Positions 8,689 to 19,141 of a DNA stretch of 25,656 nt are shown one piece after another. Position 1 is the stretch's first letter. Every line of letters starts with the position of its first letter. A program made the translations under genes and the position numbers. Below the pieces are notes generated by a model. The model ran no database searches. It was not told the DNA's origin and worked only from the letters and a program-made list of their open reading frames with translations. The stretch covers positions 1 through 25,656 of the forward strand of contig JAVHPP010000173.1 of assembly GCA_036170655.1 (NCBI GenBank), read 5' to 3'. The stretch is from Candidatus Zixiibacteriota bacterium. Lineage in GTDB: Bacteria; Zixibacteria; MSB-5A5; WJJR01.

Positions 8689-10245
8689 ATGTCTGACCAT
8701 TTCCTTCACTCCGCATCCGAGGACCCCACCGTTGGGAACGTACTTGTTCTCGATGACGACCCGATGCTGAGACGTCTTTTGCGCGACTGTCTCGAGCATG
8801 AGATGGGATTGCACGTGATCGTCGTCGGCGAGGTGAAGGAAGCCGAACAGATTCTTTCCACAAAGCCAATCACACTCTTGATCAGCGATCTGATGCTGGC
8901 GGATGGAAACGGCGTTGATGTCATCAAGACAGGACATGCCATTCAGCCCGATTTGGTGTCCATCCTGATCACGGCGTTCCCGACGGTGGAAACGGCCGTG
9001 GCTGCGATGCAACTGGGCGTCGATGATTACCTTCTGAAGCCCTTCCGCGTCCAACAACTAACCGCGACCGTGCGACGGGCGCTCGAACGCGGCCGTCTGC
9101 GCCGCGAGAACATGCATCTGCGTGAGCAGGTCGCGATCTCAGAACTGGTGCGGGCCATCGGTTCGACCCTGGAACTAGATCAGTTGCTGGGGTTGGTCGT
9201 TGCCACGTTGCGACGTGAGTTCTCGGCGCTCTCGGCATCCATCCTTCTGCGTTCAGGGACGCGGTCCGGCCTGCAGATGCAGGTGATCGACGGGGAGCAA
9301 AACGTCGCCGACAACCCCTCCTATCTGCAGTTTCTGAAAGGAGACACACCAGCCGTGCAGACGGCGCTGGCAACGGGCCGTCCCGTTGTCTTTGCGGGAC
9401 AGCAGACCGACATGTTCGAGAACGCGCCCCGTGAACACGACCTCATCTGTCAGCCATTGATCGCGAAGGGATCGAGCATCGGCGTCTTGAACATCATCCG
9501 CAAGCCCAACGCCGGCCCCTGTAGCGAGGGAACGATGCGCTCGATCGAGATCACCGCTGCCCAAGCGGCGGTCGCCATCGAGAATTCACGTCTGTACCGA
9601 AACCTGCACAGCGCCTACCTTGATACGGTGTCGGCGCTGGCCAACGCGATCGAGACACGCGACCCATATACGCGCGGGCACACCGACCGTGTGAAAATCA
9701 TGGCCCAGGCAATCGCCCGTCAGATGGGATGGGGCGTCGAACAGCTTTTTGATCTGTGGATCGGGTGTACCCTGCACGATGTCGGGAAGATTGGCGTCCC
9801 CGATCAGATTCTGAAGAAACCCGGCCCTCTGACCGCCGATGAGTTTGCGCTGATGAAACGTCACACAGAAATTGGCGCGACGATTGTCGAGGGCGTCCCG
9901 TTCCTGAAGCCGGCCATCCCGTACATTTACTACCATCACGAGCGTTATGACGGCAAAGGATACCCCACCGGTCTGACGGGTGAAAATATCCCGATTGAAG
10001 GACGACTCCTCGCGGTCGTCGACACATTTGATGCTGTGACCTCCGATCGTCCCTATCGCCGGGCAGGAAGCTGGCAGGCCGCCCGCGATGAATTGGTCTC
10101 CTGCTCTGGCAGTCAGTTCGATCCCAATATCGTCGCGGTGTTCCTGTCTGTGCTGGATCGCGTGGGCCCTTCCGGAATCGAGGGCATCCTGCCCGGACGT
10201 TTCAACATCGCTTCAGAGAAGCAGCTGCACGCTGTCACGGCTTGA
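8689..10245 (+). CDS. Response regulator with REC, GAF and HD-GYP (c-di-GMP phosphodiesterase) domains
   Basis: VLVLDDD...LLISDLML...ITA...YLLKPF (REC); CQPLIAKGSSIGVLNI...AAVAIENSRLY (GAF); RDPYTRGHTDRV, LHDVGKIG, HHERYDGKGYP (HD-GYP). Confidence 0.93.
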   Translation: MSDHFLHSASEDPTVGNVLVLDDDPMLRRLLRDCLEHEMGLHVIVVGEVKEAEQILSTKPITLLISDLMLADGNGVDVIKTGHAIQPDLVSILITAFPTVETAVAAMQLGVDDYLLKPFRVQQLTATVRRALERGRLRRENMHLREQVAISELVRAIGSTLELDQLLGLVVATLRREFSALSASILLRSGTRSGLQMQVIDGEQNVADNPSYLQFLKGDTPAVQTALATGRPVVFAGQQTDMFENAPREHDLICQPLIAKGSSIGVLNIIRKPNAGPCSEGTMRSIEITAAQAAVAIENSRLYRNLHSAYLDTVSALANAIETRDPYTRGHTDRVKIMAQAIARQMGWGVEQLFDLWIGCTLHDVGKIGVPDQILKKPGPLTADEFALMKRHTEIGATIVEGVPFLKPAIPYIYYHHERYDGKGYPTGLTGENIPIEGRLLAVVDTFDAVTSDRPYRRAGSWQAARDELVSCSGSQFDPNIVAVFLSVLDRVGPSGIEGILPGRFNIASEKQLHAVTA

Positions 10246-10292
10246 ACCTCTCTCCCCACCGCCTCGGTGACGCTGCGGGGAAGTCACCGAAG

Positions 10293-10404
10293 CACGGGCG
10301 TCTCGCCCGTGGCCCATGGTGAGAGGAAACTCATTCACACAATCAGAAAGAACACGGGCGGGACGCCCGTAATACTCAGAAAAACACGGATGGGACGCCC
10401 GTGG
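10293..10404. repeat. Cluster of three REP-like palindromes
   Basis: CACGGGCGTCTCGCCCGTG (10293-10311), CACGGGCGGGACGCCCGT (10353-10370) and CACGGATGGGACGCCCGTG (10385-10403). The last two lie in ~32-nt direct repeats starting TCAGAAA. Confidence 0.75.
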
Positions 10405-10613
10405 TACACCGTCGCACGCATGCCACCACGATAAGGCGTCGCGAATACCAAAATGATCTGGACCTTAGAAACACCGGCGGCCCATCATTCTTCAGGCCGG
10501 ACCACCCGAAAGTGGACGTTTTCCGATTCGCCCCATTGCGACCAGTCATCCGATTGCGTTGATTGACATTTGGTACAGCCGACACAGGCGGGCTGATGCC
10601 ATAGCGAACTGTC

Positions 10614-12536
10614 ATGAGTCATCCGAAGAACACAGCCAGCGTCAGATCTCCGGTTTCCCCGGAAAAACATGTCCTGGGTCATAAGTCATTCTTCCGCAGC
10701 AACGGTGTCTTGCTTGTAGGGGTTGTGATTGCGGTTTTGATCTTCCTTGTGCAAGCGCGCAGCTTGTGGTTCACCCAGGATGATGCGTTCATTTCGTACC
10801 GTTACGCGGCCAATGCCCTGCACGGAAGCGGCTTGGTTTTCAACGAAGGCGAGCACATCGAGGGATACACCAACTTCCTCTGGGTCCTGCTGCTTGTACT
10901 GGCGGGGAAACTGGGGCTGGGGTTCGACGCTATCGCCAAGGCCTTGGGGCTGGCATCGGGGGTCGCGCTCATTGGTCTGGCCGGGCTTTGGGTCCGACAG
11001 CTGTGGCAGGAACTGCGATGGGGCGAAGGATCTCTGCCCGGGGCTGGAGCGGCCCTGCTGGTTGGCTGCAATGGCTCAATGGCCTACTGGGCGGTATCGG
11101 GGCTGGAGACGGTCTGGTTCGCACTGTGGGTCACCATCGCTCTCTGGTGGTGGGTCCGTCGTTCGTGGCTGACCGTTCCCGCGCTTGCGTTGGCATGTCT
11201 CAGCCGTCCCGAGGGCGCCATGCTCTGGGGATTGTTGATCTTGGCCGAGTGGAGATGGGGTGATGGGCGGCGGCGCGCGATGTGGCTGGCCATCCTCGGC
11301 GTGGTCCTGATGGCTCCCTACGCCGGCTTCAAACTGTGGTACTACGGTTCTGTGCTGCCGAATCCATTCTACGCCAAGACTGGACTGGGGACGGAGTATC
11401 TGTCCAGCGGCCTCGACTATGGTTGGCTTTACCTGAAGCAGTATGGCCTCTTCGGCGTCCTGCCCCTGCTGGCCATCTCGGCATGGCCTTCCCTGCCACG
11501 ACGCTGGCGGGTCATTCCGTTCTTTTGGCTGGTGTATGCTCTGTATGTCGTCTTTGTCGGGGGTGATGTCCTGAAGGCACACCGCTTCTTCGTCCCCGTG
11601 AGCGTGCCATTGGTTGTGTCGTCGATCGCCGGCCTTGGTGCGGCAGCCAGACGTCTTGCCGGAACCAGAGCGCTGGCGTGGACCGTTCTCGCAGCGACGC
11701 TGGCGCTGGCATTCTACACATGGCTCGTGCCAAGGCAATCTCTGGCCGACATCCGCGAGCGCGAGCTGGGATTGACTGACAAGATGACGAACATTTCGCA
11801 GTGTCTCATGGCCATTGACCATTCGAATTTCTCGGTGGCGGTTTCGACAATCGGCAAGATCTCCTATGATCTTCTGGGGCACCGTGTCATTGACTTGTTG
11901 GGACTGACCGATTCGACCATTGCACGACACCCGGAAACGATTCCCGGAAACGTTTCCTCCTGGCGCGAACGAAATTTTAACGTCACGTATGTGTTGCAGC
12001 AGAACCCCGATTACGTCGTGTTTTCCACCGGGCACAAGCCCTCGGCCCCCGCGGAGCGGGCGCTCCTGCTGCACAAGAGGTACCGTAAGGACTACTACAC
12101 AATTCTCTTCGCGCCGCGTGGCGGTGGGAAGATGCTTGCGGTTCATAAACGGAAAGGCCTCTACAACGGCCCGGATGAGGTCTGGCCGTCGATTCAGCTG
12201 GCACACGATGTCAACAATGCGTTGAATCTGCTGATGGCGGACAAGTTTGACCTATCGCTGGAGAAATTCGCCGCCATTCAGCGCAACGGACCGGGGGACT
12301 TTCCCCTTCCGTATATGTTTATGGCCGACATCACCAGAAAGCAGGGGTTCAACGAGCGGGCATTGGGATACGCCGACGCCGCGCTGGCCATCGATTCATT
12401 CGCCGTGATGGCTTGGTGGGAGAAGGCAGCGATCTACTACGGCAAAGGCGATACGCTGAGGCTGAAGGAAACGGTAAGACACCTCGACACTCTGTCTCCA
12501 TGGCTCAGCCGCTCTTGGGAACCGGTCAGGAATTGA
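10614..12536 (+). CDS. Polytopic GT-C-fold glycosyltransferase-like membrane protein (AftB-like N-terminus) with C-terminal TPR-like helices
   Basis: DDAFISYRYAAN...GLVFNEGEHIEGYTNFLW acidic first-loop motif, SGLET, SRPEG, LPNPFYAK, GGD...HRFFVP, multiple TM segments. Confidence 0.75.
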   Translation: MSHPKNTASVRSPVSPEKHVLGHKSFFRSNGVLLVGVVIAVLIFLVQARSLWFTQDDAFISYRYAANALHGSGLVFNEGEHIEGYTNFLWVLLLVLAGKLGLGFDAIAKALGLASGVALIGLAGLWVRQLWQELRWGEGSLPGAGAALLVGCNGSMAYWAVSGLETVWFALWVTIALWWWVRRSWLTVPALALACLSRPEGAMLWGLLILAEWRWGDGRRRAMWLAILGVVLMAPYAGFKLWYYGSVLPNPFYAKTGLGTEYLSSGLDYGWLYLKQYGLFGVLPLLAISAWPSLPRRWRVIPFFWLVYALYVVFVGGDVLKAHRFFVPVSVPLVVSSIAGLGAAARRLAGTRALAWTVLAATLALAFYTWLVPRQSLADIRERELGLTDKMTNISQCLMAIDHSNFSVAVSTIGKISYDLLGHRVIDLLGLTDSTIARHPETIPGNVSSWRERNFNVTYVLQQNPDYVVFSTGHKPSAPAERALLLHKRYRKDYYTILFAPRGGGKMLAVHKRKGLYNGPDEVWPSIQLAHDVNNALNLLMADKFDLSLEKFAAIQRNGPGDFPLPYMFMADITRKQGFNERALGYADAALAIDSFAVMAWWEKAAIYYGKGDTLRLKETVRHLDTLSPWLSRSWEPVRN

Positions 12537-12585
12537 GCAAGGGGCGGGGCGCCACTGAGTGGCCGGAAACAATCCCAAATCGCAG

Positions 12586-12614
12586 TTGACAGAAGAGGGA
12601 TTTGTCGATATAGT
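12586..12614 (+). promoter_or_regulatory. sigma70 promoter of the tRNA cluster
   Basis: TTGACA, 17-nt spacer, TATAGT, ending 12 nt before tRNA-Gly. Confidence 0.85.
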
Positions 12615-12626
12615 GAGAGTGATGAG

Positions 12627-12700
12627 GCGGGAATAGCTCAGTTGGCTAGAGCGTCACCTTGCCAAGGTGAATGTCGCGGGTTCGAATCCCGTTTCCCGCT
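12627..12700 (+). tRNA. tRNA-Gly(GCC)
   Basis: GCGGGAATAGCTCAGTTGG...TCACCTTGCCAAGGTGA...GGTTCGAATCCCGTTTCCCGCT; CCA not encoded. Confidence 0.97.
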
Positions 12701-12881
12701 TTTTGAACAAGACGTTTTGAAGTCCGCTCCGGGCCTGATGTGGGCAATAATCGCAGCGGGCTTTTTGTTGGAAGACAATGGGTTGCCGTCCTCTTGACTT
12801 TTCGGCGATTCCGGTGATTTATACCTGCGGAGTTCTCTGCCCTGCTGGCAGTGGGACATTCGATCCGAGGGACTCTGTGAC

Positions 12882-12956
<75 letters not shown>

Positions 12957-13095
12957 ACTTTCGCCTGACCTCTCACCAAGAGACGACAATGACCGGCCAC
13001 TGAAGGGCACCACGGCCTTTCGGACGGTCGATCGTGCAATTCGCGTTCGGGAATCGCTTGCTGTAGACGCAGCATTTGAGTTTCGTCACTCGGGC

Positions 13096-13180
13096 GCCGG
13101 AGTGGCGGAAAGGTAGACGCCAGGGACTTAAAATCCCTTGTCCCGAATGGGGCGTGCCGGTTCAAATCCGGCCTCCGGCA
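13096..13180 (+). tRNA. tRNA-Leu(TAA)
   Basis: GCCGGAGTGGCGGAAAGGTAGACGCCAGGGACTTAAAATCCCT, long variable arm, GGTTCAAATCCGGCCTCCGGCA. Gly-Cys-Leu order as in glyW-cysT-leuZ. Confidence 0.96.
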
Positions 13181-13209
13181 TATCTCACGGATTATCGGAA
13201 ATCCTCCTG

Positions 13210-14829
13210 ATGCGCCGCCCGCGCCCTGTCCTTCAAACATCCGCCCTCAGCCGGGCATGGCCGGGGATCGCCCTCTGGGGAGGATTGGCGCTTGCCTATC
13301 TGATTCTGGCAGTCATTTTCACGCGTCCGCTGGCGTTCCATGCGGTCGATTTCACGGCGCGCGGGAGCGGCTCCGGCGATCAATGCCAGTCCATCTGGTC
13401 CTTCTGGTGGACCAAGACAGCGTTGTTCAATCTCCATCAGAGCCCGTTCTGGACTGACGTGATTTACTATCCCCACGGGACCGGACTTGGCTACCACAAC
13501 TGCCTATTCACCAACCTCCTGGCGATCCTCGTCTCGGCTGTGAGCGGGACGCCGATCAACGCCCCGCTGCTCTATAACATGCTTGTGCTGATCTCATTCG
13601 TGGTGATTGGTCTTGGTTCCTTCGCGCTCATCAGGCATGTTGTTCGAGACACTCTGGCCGCTTTTATTGGAAGTCTCATCGTCACGTTCTCTCCATACTT
13701 CTTTTTCCATCTGGATCATCTCAACCTCCTCATGATCGGATGGGGAATCTTCTCGATTTACTTCACGATCCGCTATCTCGAGACCTTGCGAGTCACTGAC
13801 CTTGCGTGGGCGGTAATCTTCTTCACCGCGCAACTCTACACCTCGCTGACGAACGCCATGTTGGTGAGCTCCTTCTTGTTCTTCTATCTGCTCTTCTCGA
13901 GCAAAGAGCTGCTCTCACGTGCCGGGCGAGGCCGTTTGGTACTTGGAGGAATCAGTGGTGGATTTCTGGCAACGATACTGGCGATGCCGTTGCTGCTCAG
14001 CTTGAGAAGCTGCGGTTCCGACTGGCCGTTGACGTGGCATGACAGCGTGCGATTTTCAGCGGATCTGCTCGACTTCGTGATTCCCGAGAATGGATCTGGA
14101 CTGCCTGGTCCCGGCGAAGTATACGTCGGCTGGCTAATCATCTTTCTTGCCGTCGCCGTCCTGCTTTATACGCACCGTAAATCCAGGCTCAGGTGGGCCG
14201 CATTGGCAGCCACCTTCTTGGCATTATCTTTGGGGCCGACGCTCCTGATCGCGGGAAGGCAGACCCTCGATGGGTGGTTGCCATATCGGTGGCTCTACTC
14301 TGTGGTGCCGTATTTCAGTCTGAATCGCACCCCGGCGCGCTTTATCGTTTTGGCGGAGTTCTGTCTCGCTGTCCTGGCAGCCTTCGGTCTGAAGGCAGTC
14401 TTCGACCGTCTGCGGCGATCGAAAAACCCGCTGGTGAGCCGGTGGTTGCCGGCCACAGGCTCGGCGGTTCTGATGCTGGCGATTTTCGCAGATTACCATG
14501 ACGGAGCAATCGTATTGGAGCCAATGTATGTTCCGCCCGTCTATGAACAGGTGGCGGCCGATACCACGATCCATGTCATCTGTGACTTGCCGATCAAGGA
14601 AAAGCTGCAAATCTGCAATTGGTACATGTACTGGCAGACGATCCATGGCCGCAAGGCCGCTAACGGATATCTCACACATCATTCAAAGACAGCGACCGTG
14701 CTGCTCGACCAGATCAAGAGTTGGGACGAGCTCGGCCCTCCGCAGAAAGCCGAACTGGCCGCAGCGGGAATCGACGCGGTGGTGCTGCATCATCCGGATC
14801 GGGAGAGCGAGTTGATCCGGCTGCGGTAG
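13210..14829 (+). CDS. Polytopic membrane protein, YfhO/GT-C-like glycosyltransferase family
   Basis: GDQCQSIWSFWW...PFWTDVIYYPHG, FSPY...HLNLL, SADLLDFVIP, YVG, LSLGP, RTPARF, YWQTIHG...NGY. Start moved to ATG 13210 because the 13138 start lies inside tRNA-Leu. Confidence 0.72.
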   Translation: MRRPRPVLQTSALSRAWPGIALWGGLALAYLILAVIFTRPLAFHAVDFTARGSGSGDQCQSIWSFWWTKTALFNLHQSPFWTDVIYYPHGTGLGYHNCLFTNLLAILVSAVSGTPINAPLLYNMLVLISFVVIGLGSFALIRHVVRDTLAAFIGSLIVTFSPYFFFHLDHLNLLMIGWGIFSIYFTIRYLETLRVTDLAWAVIFFTAQLYTSLTNAMLVSSFLFFYLLFSSKELLSRAGRGRLVLGGISGGFLATILAMPLLLSLRSCGSDWPLTWHDSVRFSADLLDFVIPENGSGLPGPGEVYVGWLIIFLAVAVLLYTHRKSRLRWAALAATFLALSLGPTLLIAGRQTLDGWLPYRWLYSVVPYFSLNRTPARFIVLAEFCLAVLAAFGLKAVFDRLRRSKNPLVSRWLPATGSAVLMLAIFADYHDGAIVLEPMYVPPVYEQVAADTTIHVICDLPIKEKLQICNWYMYWQTIHGRKAANGYLTHHSKTATVLLDQIKSWDELGPPQKAELAAAGIDAVVLHHPDRESELIRLR

Positions 14830-15226
14830 ACACTGACAGGGTCGATTTTCCGCTCGACATAGAAATCCCCGGAAGGGCATTTGCATGAGTGGGGGGATGG
14901 ACCAGCGTGGGTCAACCAGAGCCCCCGACCGCTGGACATCGATCCGTCCCGGTCTGTGTGCCTCGGACTTCAGTCGGTGGCACATGCTCAACCGGAAACG
15001 GGACTTGTCTCATTATTTATTGTCACATTTCGACCGGCGTGTCAGGGGAACTCTGGATTCGGCCGTTCATTCAGTTCATCGCTTCGATCTTTCTTCAGCC
15101 TCGTGATACTGGGCATTCGGTGTCGGGCTGGCATTTCAACTCGGCTCAAAGTAGGCCATGGGAGTGGCACGCGGTTCTGCACGGCGAGACGGGCGGCACC
15201 CGAGTGTATATGACAGTTGGCGAAGG

Positions 15227-16111
15227 TTATTCCCCCGGATCCACGTTCATTGCGTACAGCCGCGATAGTTCTTCGCCGATGCGTTCGAGCAGCCACTGCG
15301 GTGTCGAGGCCGATCCGGAGATACCGACTGTTTCGGCGTCATCGAACCAGGCGGAGTCGACGTCACGGATGGTCTCAACCCAATGCGAATGGGGATTCAC
15401 CGCGCGGCATACTTCGTACATGACCTTGGTATTGGATGAGTTTCGCCCACCGACGAAGATGACGACATCACATTCTGCGGCGAATGACTTCAACTCGGTC
15501 TCCCGGTCGGAAACAAAGGCGCAGATGGTGTTGCGGGAGGTCACATCACGGACCCGCTGGCGGATCGCCGCGAGCATCGAGTTCCACATTTCATCAGAGA
15601 TCGTCGTCTGCGCCAGCACATAAGTCGGGCGATCCGGATCCAACTCCCCGACGTCCGCTTCATCGTGGACGACCTTGGCCTGATTATCGCAATGACCAAG
15701 GATGCCGATCACCTCGGCGTGCATGGGCTTTCCGATCACCACCACCTGGTAGCCCGCTTCGTAATAGTTGCGTGCGTATTTCTGCGACCGGGTGACCACG
15801 GGGCAGGTCCCATCGACAACATCCAAGCCGAGGCGTCTGGCCTGCTCGAAAACGGACGGCGCTTCACCGTGGGCACGGACCAGGAGGCGGCGCTTTTCCG
15901 CCCCTTGTTCCACCCGTTCAAACTCATCGTGACCGGCCATGTCCAAACCTAGGGCGGACAAGCGCTCGATCTCGGCGTTGTTATGGATCACCGCGCCCAG
16001 TGACGCGGTCTTGAGACCTGCGGCCAGGTTCTTTTCCGCCAGATGGATGACACGTTTGACTCCTCCGCACGGACCGGCGTTCTCATCGATGATGATCTTC
16101 TTGATGGGCAT
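15227..16111 (-). CDS. ispH: 4-hydroxy-3-methylbut-2-enyl diphosphate reductase
   Basis: Three cluster Cys (GPCGGV, DGTCPVV, NTIC), IHN, RAHG, HAEV, AQTT, SSNT, GSASTP. Confidence 0.95.
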   Translation of the reverse strand: MPIKKIIIDENAGPCGGVKRVIHLAEKNLAAGLKTASLGAVIHNNAEIERLSALGLDMAGHDEFERVEQGAEKRRLLVRAHGEAPSVFEQARRLGLDVVDGTCPVVTRSQKYARNYYEAGYQVVVIGKPMHAEVIGILGHCDNQAKVVHDEADVGELDPDRPTYVLAQTTISDEMWNSMLAAIRQRVRDVTSRNTICAFVSDRETELKSFAAECDVVIFVGGRNSSNTKVMYEVCRAVNPHSHWVETIRDVDSAWFDDAETVGISGSASTPQWLLERIGEELSRLYAMNVDPGE

Positions 16112-16186
16112 CAGGTGTCCTTCTCCATACGGGCCGGACCTAATACGATAGTAACAGTCGTATTTTGATGCGAAAAATAGACCGGT

Positions 16187-18163
16187 CTACTTCTCGCCGG
16201 ACGCGATCACCCTTGGCGTCGCTGGCTTCACGGCGGCGACGATGCGGACCGAAGCGGGGTTCGCAGCAGACCCGGCTTCGATGAATCCCCTGATTCGTTG
16301 CTGCAGGCGGGCCAATGACAGCCCGGTCAGTTCCAAGAGCTGCGCCCGCGTGCCGTGTGTGACGAAACAATCATCCACGGCAATGGATTGCACAGTCACT
16401 GTGCCGCCGAAGCGCTCCATGACTGATTGCGAAACCGCCTGCCCGAATCCGCCGCGCAAGTTCCCCTCTTCGATCGTGATGATGGTCCGGTGCTGGGCGG
16501 CGATCTGCTGCAGGAGCAGCATATCGAGCGGCTTGACGAAACGAGCGTTGACCACTTCGACATTCAGACCGGCTGAAGCCAGGTGGCCGGCGACCTCGAC
16601 AGCGGGACGCACCATGGATCCCACAGCCAGGATGCAGGCATCACTCCCCGGCCGGAGGATTTCCCAGACCCCGATGGGGATCGGGGTGAACTTTGCTTCG
16701 CCTGAGTATGACCAGCAGGTGTCCTTGGGATAGCGGATCGCGAACGGGCCGCCATCATAGGCGAGGGCGGTAAAGAGAAGGTCGCGCAGTTCGTTCCCGT
16801 CCTTGGGCGCCGCGACCACGATATCGGGAACACAAGAGAGATATGCCAGATCGAGGTTGCCGTGATGGGTCGGACCATCCTCACCGGCCAGACCGGCACG
16901 GTCCAGACAGAGAATCACGGGCAGATGCTGGAGTGCGACGTCATGCACCAGATGATCATAGGCCCGTTGAAAGAACGTGGAGTAAATCGCGCACACGGGC
17001 CGGAATCCCTCGGCCGCAAGACCAGCAGCAAACGTGACCGCATGCCCCTCGGCGATACCGACATCGAAAAACCGCTGCGGAAATCTCTTGGCAAAGTCCA
17101 CGAGTCCTGTTCCCGTGCACATTGCTGCGGTGATAGCCATCAGACGGGGATCACGTTCGGCAATCTGAACCATGGTCTGCCCAAAAACATCGGTGTATGT
17201 GGGGACGCCAACACCAATAGCCGAGGCGCCCATCTTGGGCAGCAGCCGGGCTTTGACCCCATGCCATTTAATGGGGTCCGCCTCGGCCGATTCGTGCCCG
17301 TGACCTTTCTTGGTGACCAGGTGCACGATCAGCGGCTTCTTGAAATCCTTCGCTTTGCGTAAGATGGTGACCACATCCACGAGGTTGTGGCCGTCAATGG
17401 GTCCGACATACTTGAACCCGAGATCCTCAAAAAACATCCCCGGCGTCACGAGATTTTTCAGAGAGTCCTCGAGACGGTGTGCCAAGCGCCGTAGACTCTC
17501 GCTGAACGGGGCCTTACCCATGGCTTTCCACATCTCGCCCTTGATGCGATTGTAGAGCGGATCGGTGATGATCTCCGCCAGATAACGTGACAGCGCGCCG
17601 ACGTTGGGAGAAATCGACATTCGGTTGTCATTGAGGATCACCGTAAAGTCGGTCTTGAGCTCACCCGCATTGTTGAGTCCTTCAAAGGCAAGCCCGCCGG
17701 TCATCCCCCCGTCGCCGACGACAGCCACGACCCGGAAATTCTCTCCCTTGCGGTCGCGTGCTACCGCCATTCCCAAGGCCGCGGAAATGGCGGTTGATGC
17801 ATGACCGGCGCCAAACGTGTCATAGACCGACTCGGAACGTCGCAGGAATCCCGAGATGCCACTAAAATGGCGGATCGACGGCAACTGATCGCGACGACCC
17901 GTCAGTATTTTATGGACATATCCCTGGTGCCCGACGTCCCAGACGATCTTATCACGCGGGGCGTCGTACACGTGGTGAAGGGCCACAGTTAATTCGACGG
18001 CCCCCAGCGACGACGCAAAATGCCCGCCAACGTCGCTGATCACCTCGATCAGATACTGCCGGATTTCACCGCACAACTGCCGCAGTTGATCGATGGACAG
18101 ATCTTTCAGATCGGCCGGAGCGTCGATGGACGCCAACAGAGGCGGGAGCTTGTATTCGCTCAT
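16187..18163 (-). CDS. dxs: 1-deoxy-D-xylulose-5-phosphate synthase
   Basis: GGHFASSLGAVEL, WDVGHQ, GDGGMTGGLAFEGLNN, DVGIAEGHAV, DRAGLAGEDGPTHHG. Confidence 0.98.
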   Translation of the reverse strand: MSEYKLPPLLASIDAPADLKDLSIDQLRQLCGEIRQYLIEVISDVGGHFASSLGAVELTVALHHVYDAPRDKIVWDVGHQGYVHKILTGRRDQLPSIRHFSGISGFLRRSESVYDTFGAGHASTAISAALGMAVARDRKGENFRVVAVVGDGGMTGGLAFEGLNNAGELKTDFTVILNDNRMSISPNVGALSRYLAEIITDPLYNRIKGEMWKAMGKAPFSESLRRLAHRLEDSLKNLVTPGMFFEDLGFKYVGPIDGHNLVDVVTILRKAKDFKKPLIVHLVTKKGHGHESAEADPIKWHGVKARLLPKMGASAIGVGVPTYTDVFGQTMVQIAERDPRLMAITAAMCTGTGLVDFAKRFPQRFFDVGIAEGHAVTFAAGLAAEGFRPVCAIYSTFFQRAYDHLVHDVALQHLPVILCLDRAGLAGEDGPTHHGNLDLAYLSCVPDIVVAAPKDGNELRDLLFTALAYDGGPFAIRYPKDTCWSYSGEAKFTPIPIGVWEILRPGSDACILAVGSMVRPAVEVAGHLASAGLNVEVVNARFVKPLDMLLLQQIAAQHRTIITIEEGNLRGGFGQAVSQSVMERFGGTVTVQSIAVDDCFVTHGTRAQLLELTGLSLARLQQRIRGFIEAGSAANPASVRIVAAVKPATPRVIASGEK

Positions 18164-18199
18164 GGCATTTCCACGGAGGTCATTCCATCCATCCAGTGG

Positions 18200-19141
18200 T
18201 TATGACCGATCCTCGATTCCGTAGCCGCGCATGACGCCGTGAACACGCTCGCCAATGGCCAGCGAGTCTTTCCATGCGCGCTGCCACATGTTGCGTCCAA
18301 AGATGAGCCCGGTGGCACCCGCCTGCATGCAGATGTCCACCTTCTTCAACAGATCATCGTCGCCGAGCTTGGACCCGCCGGAGAATAATACCATACACCG
18401 TCCCGCTGAGCGCACGACCTTTCGGGCCATTTCCATCGCATCCATTTGCAAGGTTGGATACGGCTTGGGAGAATCAGCCGACGTTACCGAAGGAAGGTTG
18501 ATTTTGACAATATCGGCGCCCAGTTCCTCGGCGACACGCGCGGCGTAGTCCACCGCGTACAGGCTGTCGCGTCCGCCTTTTTTGCCGATGGCCTCCCCGC
18601 GCGGGTATGACCAGACAATCAGGGGCATTCCGGCGCGTTCGCAATCGTAGCGGACTTCGTTGAGGGTCGCGATATCCTGATCCTGCGCCGGTGATCCGAC
18701 GAAGAGTGTGTAGCCAACGGCATCGGCTCCCAAACGTATCGCATCCTCGACCGTGCCGGTCAGCGGCGAGAGCGCCTGGGCATCCGACGGAATGGCGGTC
18801 TTGCCATTGAGTTTGAGAATCAGAGGGATACGTCCGGCATACTTGGGATAATATTTCTCAGCCAGGCCGACATGGATGGCCACACCGGAGAACCGGCCGG
18901 CAATGCCGAGACGGAATATGTAGTCCGTGTCCAAAGAATCGGGGTTGGCGAAGAAGTCGACCGGTCCATGTTCCAATCCCTGGTCGAGCGGCAAGAACAA
19001 GAGGGTTCCATTGCCCGGTCCGAACTGGTAAAGCATCCGATAGAGACGCGCCTTCTTCCCCGCCGATAGATTGAGATCCCATAGAGAGGGACGGCGAACG
19101 GCTGTCAACTTCGCTTGCGAAGGTGCGGTTGTAATTGTCAT
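18200..19141 (-). CDS. fbaB: Class I fructose-bisphosphate aldolase (DhnA/FbaB family)
   Basis: LPLDQGLEHGP, LKLNGKT, DAIRLGADAVGYT, WSYPRG, ELGADIVKIN (Schiff-base Lys), SGG, GLIFGRN. Start at ATG 19141 after GAAAGGA. Confidence 0.88.
   Translation of the reverse strand: MTITTAPSQAKLTAVRRPSLWDLNLSAGKKARLYRMLYQFGPGNGTLLFLPLDQGLEHGPVDFFANPDSLDTDYIFRLGIAGRFSGVAIHVGLAEKYYPKYAGRIPLILKLNGKTAIPSDAQALSPLTGTVEDAIRLGADAVGYTLFVGSPAQDQDIATLNEVRYDCERAGMPLIVWSYPRGEAIGKKGGRDSLYAVDYAARVAEELGADIVKINLPSVTSADSPKPYPTLQMDAMEMARKVVRSAGRCMVLFSGGSKLGDDDLLKKVDICMQAGATGLIFGRNMWQRAWKDSLAIGERVHGVMRGYGIEDRS

Noticed and set aside
10340..10410. Mini CRISPR array
   Set aside because: Only two adjacent units with no unique spacers and no cas genes; better explained as REP-like repeats.
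15165..15181. sigma54-like TGGCACGCGGTTCTGCA
   Set aside because: GG-to-GC spacing is 11 rather than 10, and it points into the 3' end of ispH.
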